Below, piece by piece: positions 18,601 to 26,534 of a DNA stretch of 30,330 nt. The DNA lies in the IMG/VR virus record IMGVR_UViG_3300026201_000010, positions 1 to 30,330 of that record; one strand, 5' to 3'. The translations under genes were made by a program, and so were the position numbers. Each line of letters begins with the position of its first letter. Position 1 is the first letter of the stretch. The DNA comes from a virus (Duplodnaviria > Caudoviricetes). A model generated the notes under the pieces. The model saw only the letters and a program-made list of their open reading frames with translations, was not told where the DNA came from and did no database searches.

Positions 18601-21600
18601 CCAGACAACAAGAGAGCAAAGATAGAAGCTATATTCTCACCAGGCGTAGAGGTTGGTGATGTAAGAGCTGGGCTATCTCAGTATGTGATTGACGGAAAGA
18701 GTTATAGCAAGCAAGACTTTTTAAAGAAGCTTGGTAAAATGAGTGTTCGTGAGCTGACCAAGTTCAATGGTAAGGTTGTTAATGATGTAGAAGTTGCTAA
18801 CCAATTAAATGATAAAATAGAAGATGCTTCTTTTGAAGAAACAACTATTGAAGCCACTGATGTTGCGGAAATATATGGGCCTGATGTTATAACTCATAAG
18901 ACAATATTCAATTCAAGAAAGAAAAAAGGAGGTATTGAAGCTATAAAAAGCTGGGTAAATAGCGGTCAAATTACTGGTACAAATGAAAATATAAATGAGT
19001 TTGTCGAAGGCACTGTTAATAAAAGAGGTGAAGGTAAATTAAAAATAGGAAGTGATAATAGACAAACACCTAACTTTCAACAAGGTGGAATATTTGGTAA
19101 TAGAGTTTCTGATGTAGAAGGTGGTTTTGTTTTAGTTTCAAAACCAGGGACTATACAGTCTACTGACTTGCAGCCTAATGAAAGTTTTATAAACAGAGAA
19201 ACTGTTGAAGACAGCAGAGGTATAGTACTGCCTAAACCAGGGACTCCTGCAAGAGACATAAACAACTATGATATCTATAAAGTTGTAGATGGAAAAATGG
19301 TAAAACAAAACCCTAACAAATTTAAAACAAAACCATTGAGAAAGGGTTCTGAAGTCACAGTTACAGGTACAGAAGTTTTAGAAGCTCTAAAAGCTGATGG
19401 AATTGAATCTCCTACTGAACAACAGAAAATAAAAAAATCAGATGAACTTATAAAAATAAAACAAGATGCCGTTCAAAAGTCAGAAACAGAGAGCGTGGAT
19501 GCACGCCAACAAGCCGCAATTGGCACAGGAGTGGGAACAGAAGTATCACTCGAAGAAACCCCAGGGGTTGAGACCACCGAAACGCAGGAAGTAGAAGTAC
19601 CACAAGTTGTTGGTACTAATCCTTTATCCTCTATTGAAGTATCTGAAGATTATAATGATATAGGTGCTCAAAGAAGAGAGAAGATGAAAGCTGTTACACG
19701 AGCCATGGAAGATGGTGAGATAACCGAACAAGAAGCTCTTGATTTAAGAAAAGAAAGTTTTGACAATGTAAAAGAAGCTCAAAGACTTTATGAAATTAGA
19801 AAACAAAAACGTAATATTGCAAAGACAAATGAAAAAACAAGTGAAGAAACAACCACAGAAGTCCCAGCAGGAAACAGACTCTTTAGTCAGCCCTTACAGG
19901 CAGCGACAGAAATTGCGGATAGAGTTAAAGAAAGAACTGGAATTGATACGCCAAAGGGTAAGAGAATAACAAAGTTAGACGAAGAACGTTCAAAAAGAAT
20001 ATCAGACGCATACGAAAAACAAGAAGCAAACCCTAATGACCCTGAAGTACAGGCAGCTTACAAGGCTTTAGTAGATGAAACTATAGCTCAGTATGAAGAT
20101 ATATTAGCTGATGGGTATGTAATAGAGCTGAGCGACACAGAGTATAAGAGCTCTTCTGATATGATTTCAGACCTTAGAGACAATAAGAACATGAGAGTGT
20201 TCTCAACTGAAGAGGGGTTTGGTGATGCTGGTATTACAGACGCAGATAGAGCGACTAATCCTATGTTAGCTCCCACTAAATTTAAAGACAAAAATGGCAA
20301 ACCCCTTATAGTTAATGATGTGTTTAGGTTTGTTCATGACTTTTTTGGACACTCTAAAGAGGGTAATAGCTTTGGTCCTATAGGTGAAGAAAACGCATGG
20401 GACGTTCATTCTAGAATGTATTCTCCTTTAGCTAGAAGAGCCATGACAACTGAGACTAGAGGTCAGAACTCTTATGTTAATTTTTCTGGAGTTAATGAAA
20501 AAGCTTTTAAGTTAAGAGATGAGGCCAGAGCACTAAGAAAACAAGGTAAGTTCGAGGAGGCTGAAGCTAAAGTAAAAGAGGCTTATGACATGATGAGTTT
20601 TGCTGAGCAAAAAATAATGCTTCTTCCTGAAGAGTTTAGTTTGTTGCCTGAAGAAACTCCTGAGGGTATAGCTCTAGCTGAAGAGGTATCTGATTTAAAA
20701 ACTACCTTAGATGATACTAAGGTAGACTTCAGAAAGAAAGAAGACGATTCATTTACTCCTATAAAAGGTGAAGTAGATGCAGTCACTAAGGCAATCAACG
20801 AAACACAGTCAGGAAATGTATCTACCAATCTTGTAGTAAAACCTGAGGGTACTATTGATGTTAATGAACTCAATAGTAGAACAAACAGAAAGCTTCCATC
20901 ACTAAAAACATTAGAGGTAATTAATGGTATACCTGCTATATTTAATATATCAGACCAGCTTACTACAGGTAACACTGTAAATGTTTTAACTGGTAATACC
21001 ATAGATAATTTAAGAGGTGGTCTAGGATTTACTGGTACAATTGGAAATGAAAATGCTGCGTGGGCTAGTACTACAAGAGAAGAAGCACAGAGACTATTAG
21101 ATAAAGCTAAGAAAGTATACAACGATAACAAAGAATTGTTTGATAAGTTCTGGAAAGACAATCCAGAGTTTAATGGACACGTTCCTATGAACATCGTTAA
21201 GATGGGTGAGGGTTCTATATCTTCAAATGAAGCTATTTTCAGAGTACTTAAAGACAACCTGTCTAAAATCCCTGCTGAAAACAAAGTAAAAGCTTTAGGA
21301 GTTTTAAGACAAGACCTACAAGATATTGCAAATAGAAGAGCAGAGTCAATTAAAAAAGGTCAGGGTACTGATACTACTTTAAAAAAGTATCAAGAAGAAA
21401 TAACAAATATAGAGAATGTTATAGAGGCTATGAAAGATATGAGTTCAATAGAACAAATATTAAACGCAGAGTTTCTGTCTGAATTAAATATACCCACAAG
21501 AGAATTACTTAGTAAAAGAATAACTACTGGTTCAGTTCGTAGAGCTGGTGCGCCAAAGAAAAAGGTAACTATGCCAGCGAAAAGCGGTAAACCTGTAGTT

Positions 21601-24600
21601 CTTGCTTTATTAGAGGGTATGGAGCCTAGTACAGAGACTGCTAGCTTAACTCATATACAGGAAATTACAGACCTTATTACTGAACCTCAACTAGCTAATG
21701 TGCCACAGAGAAGTATAATAGCATTACAGGCGGTTGATGTAACAGTTGATGATGTTATAGAAACAAATCACCCTAATTATCCTTTTGGTCCTAAAGGAAA
21801 AACCATAGGGATATTAGAGCAGCCTGTTTCATTGGTAGAAACTTATCCAGAAGCTTATAGATTAGCTATGGCTGGATTAACATCGGCTGAAACGAAACAA
21901 GATAGAGTAACCAAAACAAAAGCAGAAAAAAGTAAAGGGCAATTAGTTGAGGGTGAACTTGCACCAGCTAGTGTTGGAACTATATTGACGCAAAAATTAG
22001 GAGTACAATATGGCTTACCTGGACTCGAATTTGAGGGAGCACTAGCGCAGACTAATATGGATGATGCTGCTAAGCTAAATGCTTTTATGAATATTGCATT
22101 TCCGTCTGTCACTATATCTACTGACACCTCAACATTTAATAATGTTATGGAGTCTGAGGGTGTTAAAAAATATCTTAAAGGTGATGAGGTTATATATGGT
22201 GTTACTGTTGATGGTGATATATATGTAAATCCAGATGTACATAATTCTCAATCAGCTTTATTTAACACATCTATTCATGAGATGGGTCACGTGTGGACTG
22301 ACTACTTACAGACTACAAAGAAAGGAAAAGCTATATATGCACAAGGTGTAAAACTTGTAGAGCAAACAGAAGAATATAAGAAGCAACTTAAGAATTTTAA
22401 CGGAGACAAAGTTAAAGCTGCAAACGAAACTATGGCTATCCTTATTGGAAACAAGGGACAAACTATAGCTGATGGAGCAGTAAAGAGTAAGTTTACTCAG
22501 TGGCTTTTAGGTATGTGGAACTACATCAAGTCTCAATTTAAAATGTCAAAAGATTTGACGGCTGAAGAAATTCAGGACATGAATCTAGATACATTCCTAG
22601 GAACTGCACTTGCTGATATCTTTGCTGGTAAAGAAATAAACCTTACTAAAGCTCAGAAGAAAAAACTTAAGAATCCTGATGTTGCATTCAGTAAGACAGA
22701 TTCAATGGGTGCTATCATAGATAAGGGAAGACAGAACGGATTCTCAGACGCATCTATTAAAGAGGTTTTAAAAGACAGAGGTTTTAAAGTTTCTGATATA
22801 AACGCTGCTATGGAAGTTAAGGTTGATGCGTTTACACCACTGCCAGAAGCTTTTGGTAGAGTAGAGGGTGGTGTTAGCCAGGGCATGCAGTTGTTTAACG
22901 AGGTGAGACAGAAGCTTTCTAAGTTTGCGACACCAGATAAAACATTATCTGATGTCAGACAAAAGGCAATGGATTTAATTAAAGAGAATCCAATCTACAA
23001 AGCTCAGCCAGAACAAACTCAGATGGAGATTCTAGTGGACTTTGACAAGACATTGAACACACGTTCTAATGTTGCTGTGCAAAAAGAAATAGCTGCGATT
23101 AAAAACAATTTAAGGCAGCGTAAAATAAATAGCCAGAATCTAAAGGCCGCACAGATACAATTAAGAAACTATATAAGAAAGGCTCTACCAAAGTCTAAGA
23201 TGTATACTCAAGCTCAAATAAACAAGCTTATATCACGTGTTACAAAGTCTACAGTGGATACATTCCAGGCAGATACTGAGTATGTGATGAAGATTGTAGA
23301 CCAACAGAAAGCCAAGATGAAGAAAGCTGTCATCAAAGACATGCTTAAGCTGGTCAAAGCAAAAGCTATGACTGCATTCACTAAGTCTGGTAAGCGTAGA
23401 GCTAAAGGTTTAAGTCGAGAGGGTACAGCATACTTCAAAGCAGTTAAGCAGATACTTACAGCTGATGTAGATACCCTTAAAAAAATACAGGAGGACCTGC
23501 AGAATGAGAGCTCAGAGATAAGCAATCTTATAGAGAAACAACAAGATGGACAGAAGCTAACTCAGAAAGAGCAAGCTAAAGTTAATCAGGCTCTAGCTTT
23601 TGATACCTTTGGTGATGTATCTAACATGAGCTTAGAAGAAGTTCAAGGCTTAATGCAACAGCTAAAAGATGTAAGGGCCGAATCAATCGCAACGTTTAAA
23701 TCAAGAAGACTAGCAAGAGTAGAAGCGAACAAGAAAATGAAAGAGGAGGCTGATGCTCAGATTAAGGATACCAATCCTATGCTGTTTGATGCTGATGGAA
23801 ATGTTTTAAATACAAATGAGCGTAACGCCATAAAGAATGAGATACTTTCTCATTTTAGAAACTTTGAGATAGGCAAAGCTTTTAGTGAACTGGGTGAGAG
23901 AATGAAGTTTAGTACGGCCAGAGAGTTTATTCAGAACATGAAGCAAATGTTCCAACACTTAGGTACATTAAGTAATGTATTGGATAGAGTGACTCAGGGT
24001 AAAAACTTTTTTACCAAGAATGTTTATGATGCTTTGAATAGAATGGATGACCTCAACAATGCAGGTGTATTTGAAACTCAAGGGAAGCTTGATGCTATAG
24101 CAAACACAATCCCTGGTATAACCAAGGGAGTAAAACAAATATATCGCAAACTCAATAGTGGTGTTCATGTTTTAAAATTAAAGCGTAGTGATACTGGTCG
24201 AGAGTACACTGATAGGTTTAATGCAGATGAACTCATGCGTATATATGCGCTTAGCTTGAATGATGTTCAAAGACAGAAGCTTGAAGCTCAGGGTATAACT
24301 CCTGAGGTTATAGAGAATATTAAAAATATAATAGGTCCAGAAGCTGTAGAGTTTACTGACAAAACTGTAAACTTCTTAAGCAATGAATACTATGAGAGTG
24401 TTAACGATGTATACTCATACGTTAATGATGTTAACTTAGGATATGTAAATAATTACTTCCCAACATCAACGATACAGAAAGAGACCACCAAGAAGATGAT
24501 TACTGATGGTGATTTTAGTGGTGTGTTCAATGCAGAATCTGCTCCTGCTTTTAAAGAAAGGGTAGACATGAGGTCTGATGTAGACCTACACGCAGGAACG

Positions 24601-26163
24601 TTCACAACTGTTCTTAAGAATCATGTGGATACAATGGAGAAATATAAAGCGTATGCTGTAGGCACACAGAGACTCAACGCTTTATTTAAGATTGACTCTG
24701 TTAATGTATTACTAGAAGAGATGGGAGTAACAGGGCCTATAAAAAAGGCTGTTAACTTCGCTATCAATCCAGACTCTGGTAAAGATGCGAGTCTAAGTAT
24801 AAAACTTATAGCTAGACTACAGACTCAGTTTACAGGATTTGCTTTAGCTTTTAAAGCTATACAGATAGTTAAGCAGGCAACATCATTTGTGAATGCATAC
24901 TCTGATTATAGTTATTTCCCTGCCAGCTCTAGAGTTCCTAGGGTTATACAGGCAGCGGTTGACCTACCTATGTTTATGATTGATGGAGCAAAAGTAGCTT
25001 TGTCTTTAGGTAAAGATTTAGTTGGTAAGAAAGGAGCTATAAGAGAGGCTATGGAGATATCACCTACATTTAGAAAAAGGGTTGAGCAAGGTCTTGAGGG
25101 TGATGTATATGGATTAGAATCTGGGTCTCAAACATTTAAGAAGACGGCACTTACTGGAGGTAAACTTAAAAGAGTACAAGCTGCGTTTAAAACTGCAGCA
25201 GCTTCACCAACAATAATTGGTGATGTCTTAGGGGTTATGGGTTACATGATTAACTACAAGCGTAACATTGCAAACGGAATGAGTAAAGCCGACGCTGTAA
25301 AAGCTTTTAATGATTATAATGCTACTCAGCAATCACGAAGAGGAACAGATAAAATTCCACTTCAAATGAATAGTAATATATTTAATCGTGCATTTACCAT
25401 GTTCGGTAGTACATTATTTCTGCAGATGAATAAAGTTATGCAGAGTACTACTAACATTACAAGAGACATGGCTAATAAGAAAAGACCACGTTCAAAAGAT
25501 ACTAGAGATTTAGCTTTGAACTTAGCTGTTGCCAACGTATTGTTTGTAGGTGTGTCTAACATAGCTAAATTTATTAAGGGTGATGATGAAGATAAGGAAG
25601 CAGCTCTTAAGAAAATGGCTGAAGCAATGATGGGATTAAACCTTATATATCAATTACCATTCCTAGGCTCTACAGTAGAGGGACTTGATGTAGCTGGTAG
25701 AGTTATCTCTGGTATAAAAGGAGAAGAGTACAAGCAAAAAGGCAGAATATTTAATGATGATATTGTAAATCCTGTTGCTAGTGTATTACAAAAGTACAGA
25801 AAGCTAACCAAGAAGGGTGAAAGTGAAATCGGTGCTGTGACTAGAGCTTTAGCAGAGATAACTATTGGTGCACAGCTTGACCCTTTCATCGGATTATATA
25901 ACTATTTTGGTGGCGAAGAAGAGGACTTAGACCCTGCTGTTTATGACATGCTTGGTATATCTCCATCGTATCGTCCTAAAAATAAAGGTAGTGTAAGTAA
26001 GGGAATGAGCAAGAAAGATATGAAAAAATTCGCTCCTGGATTATATGAAGAATTGTACGGACCAGGCGGTAGCTTAGCTCCTGTAGAACAATTAAAGAAA
26101 GACGAGAGAAAAAGAAAGCGTGACCTCCAGAAAGAGATAGACGCTGCTATGGGTCTTGATTAA
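15664..26163 (+). CDS. Giant polyvalent ejection (cargo) protein with zincin-like domains
   Basis: 3499-aa continuous ORF with a glycine-zipper hydrophobic segment (about 17635-17840), HDFFGH...GEE (20335-20391), HEMGH (22276-22290) and a long helical C-terminal region. Last gene of the virion operon. Confidence 0.8.
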   Translation: MDELKKLYDTLVREGYYTNSYDEFVQKYNGSDAYKDQVFGVVSRDGLYTKSKEEFLLKYKSPELKTKSFVEVKKKDASDSDSEVGLLERFKTKYNIQEDDVDLREQPPVQAVDQTRVAQPKFRDPVQVAQEREVKEAFDAQRKLDMEAFKTQEKLDQEAQLEQQKINQTLLQQSQQFRIDLQMVTSDLIAQHEDYVVPALNKKFQKYGFSFEKTGIGDALVVTNFDGSATETIDLDPFTTDTEILESQKLKNFLSQHALEEFETNEASDFEGKSLRAQQLRRVGLINPDGTTSTVLMTSYEEDGKHYAIPTLFPKNPEFYGTNPNDWMKLDFEEAKKVAEERGEVFQFDTEEEAQRFAEGEWKDTHSTDAIGKQLYSETGLNFKTEQAKYDKYLQVRDEIDFIESQVADFGDDFIEELTPEQKKLYSGLYVNGILRDDTDEVLAELKKIEDDLYSEVNTTEKIDLREKYDLALQKKYSALAKDASIANYQAKAFEEALEVEALETFGVGLKDLTDVKPETEREAALLDSFKVQVASLNAEKQHAANIYESAKTFYSAKYDKSIMGEFETGMSAVMNELQKGLNDGNAAEIILQLSTGMAFDFQSLDLDNPEDRKKAAEIIVALKTKNRGKKDSRALSRWNRAKGFRESLDAFLRNPRELALSLAANSIGMMLPYGVEIVAGSTATGAGTGAVVGSVVPGAGTLGGAIAGGTKGLKAGFALTSLAMEYTNEYFAAMEAEGYDVLDAKDVELAMQDDDVWALAKERGLKRGIPIALVDYLTMNLAGRVFQVGKTATRTKKIASQLAERAIFDPVGEMAGEAAAQVAVGDNLDFKEIAAEGIGGFGNNASMMAVNKLIDARNMSNIELASKLTDINFIVNEKESDTRISAWTNNMVTLGKINEDQGQRIQKNLGLSKDADNMLDFGRSKNKPKNKRVKARLMELLAAKEEYTADNNRKEVFSQKIKDINAEIAYLIENKSLAPDNKRAKIEAIFSPGVEVGDVRAGLSQYVIDGKSYSKQDFLKKLGKMSVRELTKFNGKVVNDVEVANQLNDKIEDASFEETTIEATDVAEIYGPDVITHKTIFNSRKKKGGIEAIKSWVNSGQITGTNENINEFVEGTVNKRGEGKLKIGSDNRQTPNFQQGGIFGNRVSDVEGGFVLVSKPGTIQSTDLQPNESFINRETVEDSRGIVLPKPGTPARDINNYDIYKVVDGKMVKQNPNKFKTKPLRKGSEVTVTGTEVLEALKADGIESPTEQQKIKKSDELIKIKQDAVQKSETESVDARQQAAIGTGVGTEVSLEETPGVETTETQEVEVPQVVGTNPLSSIEVSEDYNDIGAQRREKMKAVTRAMEDGEITEQEALDLRKESFDNVKEAQRLYEIRKQKRNIAKTNEKTSEETTTEVPAGNRLFSQPLQAATEIADRVKERTGIDTPKGKRITKLDEERSKRISDAYEKQEANPNDPEVQAAYKALVDETIAQYEDILADGYVIELSDTEYKSSSDMISDLRDNKNMRVFSTEEGFGDAGITDADRATNPMLAPTKFKDKNGKPLIVNDVFRFVHDFFGHSKEGNSFGPIGEENAWDVHSRMYSPLARRAMTTETRGQNSYVNFSGVNEKAFKLRDEARALRKQGKFEEAEAKVKEAYDMMSFAEQKIMLLPEEFSLLPEETPEGIALAEEVSDLKTTLDDTKVDFRKKEDDSFTPIKGEVDAVTKAINETQSGNVSTNLVVKPEGTIDVNELNSRTNRKLPSLKTLEVINGIPAIFNISDQLTTGNTVNVLTGNTIDNLRGGLGFTGTIGNENAAWASTTREEAQRLLDKAKKVYNDNKELFDKFWKDNPEFNGHVPMNIVKMGEGSISSNEAIFRVLKDNLSKIPAENKVKALGVLRQDLQDIANRRAESIKKGQGTDTTLKKYQEEITNIENVIEAMKDMSSIEQILNAEFLSELNIPTRELLSKRITTGSVRRAGAPKKKVTMPAKSGKPVVLALLEGMEPSTETASLTHIQEITDLITEPQLANVPQRSIIALQAVDVTVDDVIETNHPNYPFGPKGKTIGILEQPVSLVETYPEAYRLAMAGLTSAETKQDRVTKTKAEKSKGQLVEGELAPASVGTILTQKLGVQYGLPGLEFEGALAQTNMDDAAKLNAFMNIAFPSVTISTDTSTFNNVMESEGVKKYLKGDEVIYGVTVDGDIYVNPDVHNSQSALFNTSIHEMGHVWTDYLQTTKKGKAIYAQGVKLVEQTEEYKKQLKNFNGDKVKAANETMAILIGNKGQTIADGAVKSKFTQWLLGMWNYIKSQFKMSKDLTAEEIQDMNLDTFLGTALADIFAGKEINLTKAQKKKLKNPDVAFSKTDSMGAIIDKGRQNGFSDASIKEVLKDRGFKVSDINAAMEVKVDAFTPLPEAFGRVEGGVSQGMQLFNEVRQKLSKFATPDKTLSDVRQKAMDLIKENPIYKAQPEQTQMEILVDFDKTLNTRSNVAVQKEIAAIKNNLRQRKINSQNLKAAQIQLRNYIRKALPKSKMYTQAQINKLISRVTKSTVDTFQADTEYVMKIVDQQKAKMKKAVIKDMLKLVKAKAMTAFTKSGKRRAKGLSREGTAYFKAVKQILTADVDTLKKIQEDLQNESSEISNLIEKQQDGQKLTQKEQAKVNQALAFDTFGDVSNMSLEEVQGLMQQLKDVRAESIATFKSRRLARVEANKKMKEEADAQIKDTNPMLFDADGNVLNTNERNAIKNEILSHFRNFEIGKAFSELGERMKFSTAREFIQNMKQMFQHLGTLSNVLDRVTQGKNFFTKNVYDALNRMDDLNNAGVFETQGKLDAIANTIPGITKGVKQIYRKLNSGVHVLKLKRSDTGREYTDRFNADELMRIYALSLNDVQRQKLEAQGITPEVIENIKNIIGPEAVEFTDKTVNFLSNEYYESVNDVYSYVNDVNLGYVNNYFPTSTIQKETTKKMITDGDFSGVFNAESAPAFKERVDMRSDVDLHAGTFTTVLKNHVDTMEKYKAYAVGTQRLNALFKIDSVNVLLEEMGVTGPIKKAVNFAINPDSGKDASLSIKLIARLQTQFTGFALAFKAIQIVKQATSFVNAYSDYSYFPASSRVPRVIQAAVDLPMFMIDGAKVALSLGKDLVGKKGAIREAMEISPTFRKRVEQGLEGDVYGLESGSQTFKKTALTGGKLKRVQAAFKTAAASPTIIGDVLGVMGYMINYKRNIANGMSKADAVKAFNDYNATQQSRRGTDKIPLQMNSNIFNRAFTMFGSTLFLQMNKVMQSTTNITRDMANKKRPRSKDTRDLALNLAVANVLFVGVSNIAKFIKGDDEDKEAALKKMAEAMMGLNLIYQLPFLGSTVEGLDVAGRVISGIKGEEYKQKGRIFNDDIVNPVASVLQKYRKLTKKGESEIGAVTRALAEITIGAQLDPFIGLYNYFGGEEEDLDPAVYDMLGISPSYRPKNKGSVSKGMSKKDMKKFAPGLYEELYGPGGSLAPVEQLKKDERKRKRDLQKEIDAAMGLD
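15879..15888 (+). other. A10 slippery run (candidate -1 frameshift / transcriptional slippage site)
   Basis: GTA AAA AAA AAA GAC at codons 72-76. The -1 frame continues RRFGLRFGSWFIGAIQD to TAA at 15939-15941. Confidence 0.45.
19466..19594 (+). CDS. Nested +1-frame small basic protein (42 aa, MPFKSQKQRAWMHANKPQLAQEWEQKYHSKKPQGLRPPKRRK)
   Basis: ATG preceded by TAAAAATAAAACAAG, like genuine starts in this window. It resembles the MPFKSxxQRxW/F...P..A..W small phage protein pattern, and main-frame GC3 jumps exactly over this interval. Confidence 0.7.
   Translation: MPFKSQKQRAWMHANKPQLAQEWEQKYHSKKPQGLRPPKRRK
19829..19969 (+). CDS. Nested +1-frame small protein (46 aa, MKKQVKKQPQKSQQETDSLVSPYRQRQKLRIELKKELELIRQRVRE)
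   Basis: ATG with A at -3, 9 nt after a near-consensus -7 element (TAATATTG, 19812-19819). It has an amphipathic C-terminal helix, and rare main-frame codons (gcg, acg, ccc, ctc, gtc) occur over the interval. Confidence 0.45.
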   Translation: MKKQVKKQPQKSQQETDSLVSPYRQRQKLRIELKKELELIRQRVRE

Positions 26164-26534
26164 TAATATCTAGCGTATCTAAATGTTTTCTGTTTAGGGT
26201 ACTGCACTACTAACTCTGAGTTCAGTTCTGTAGTACCCATCCAAGATACAGTTCCATATATTTCTTTCACTTTACCATACATGATACCATCTTCACAAGC
26301 CCATATTATAACTGGGTTAAGACGTTTCATTGATAGCTGAGATAATTTATTTAAAGATACAGACAAAGGGTAGCAGTCAGTTACCTTTTTTTTAATTGGT
26401 ATCACCAAAACAAAAGCTATAAGGTTATTAGTCTGGTCATATACTCTATAATCTACATCATTAGGTCCTAATGTTTTATAAGAACCTTTAAACCTTTCTG
26501 TAAATTTAGTTATAGCTTTTACCTTTTCGGTCAT
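26160..26534 (-). CDS. PD-(D/E)XK nuclease-like protein, probably inactive
   Basis: DVDYRVYD...LIAFVLVIP strand pattern where ExK is expected. Coupled to the upstream gene by TAATG. Confidence 0.45.
   Translation of the reverse strand: MTEKVKAITKFTERFKGSYKTLGPNDVDYRVYDQTNNLIAFVLVIPIKKKVTDCYPLSVSLNKLSQLSMKRLNPVIIWACEDGIMYGKVKEIYGTVSWMGTTELNSELVVQYPKQKTFRYARYY

Noticed and set aside
18824-18892. Third possible nested +1 ORF (MLLLKKQLLKPLMLRKYMGLML, 22 aa) before the ART-like domain
   Set aside because: It has an A-rich upstream context but is short enough to arise by chance, with shadow-like composition. It could at most be a relic.
621-25889. Many minus-strand ORFs in the track (e.g. 18126-18611, 20583-21284, 23214-23525)
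   Set aside because: They are S/L/F-rich antisense shadows of long + strand genes, with no credible starts or motifs.
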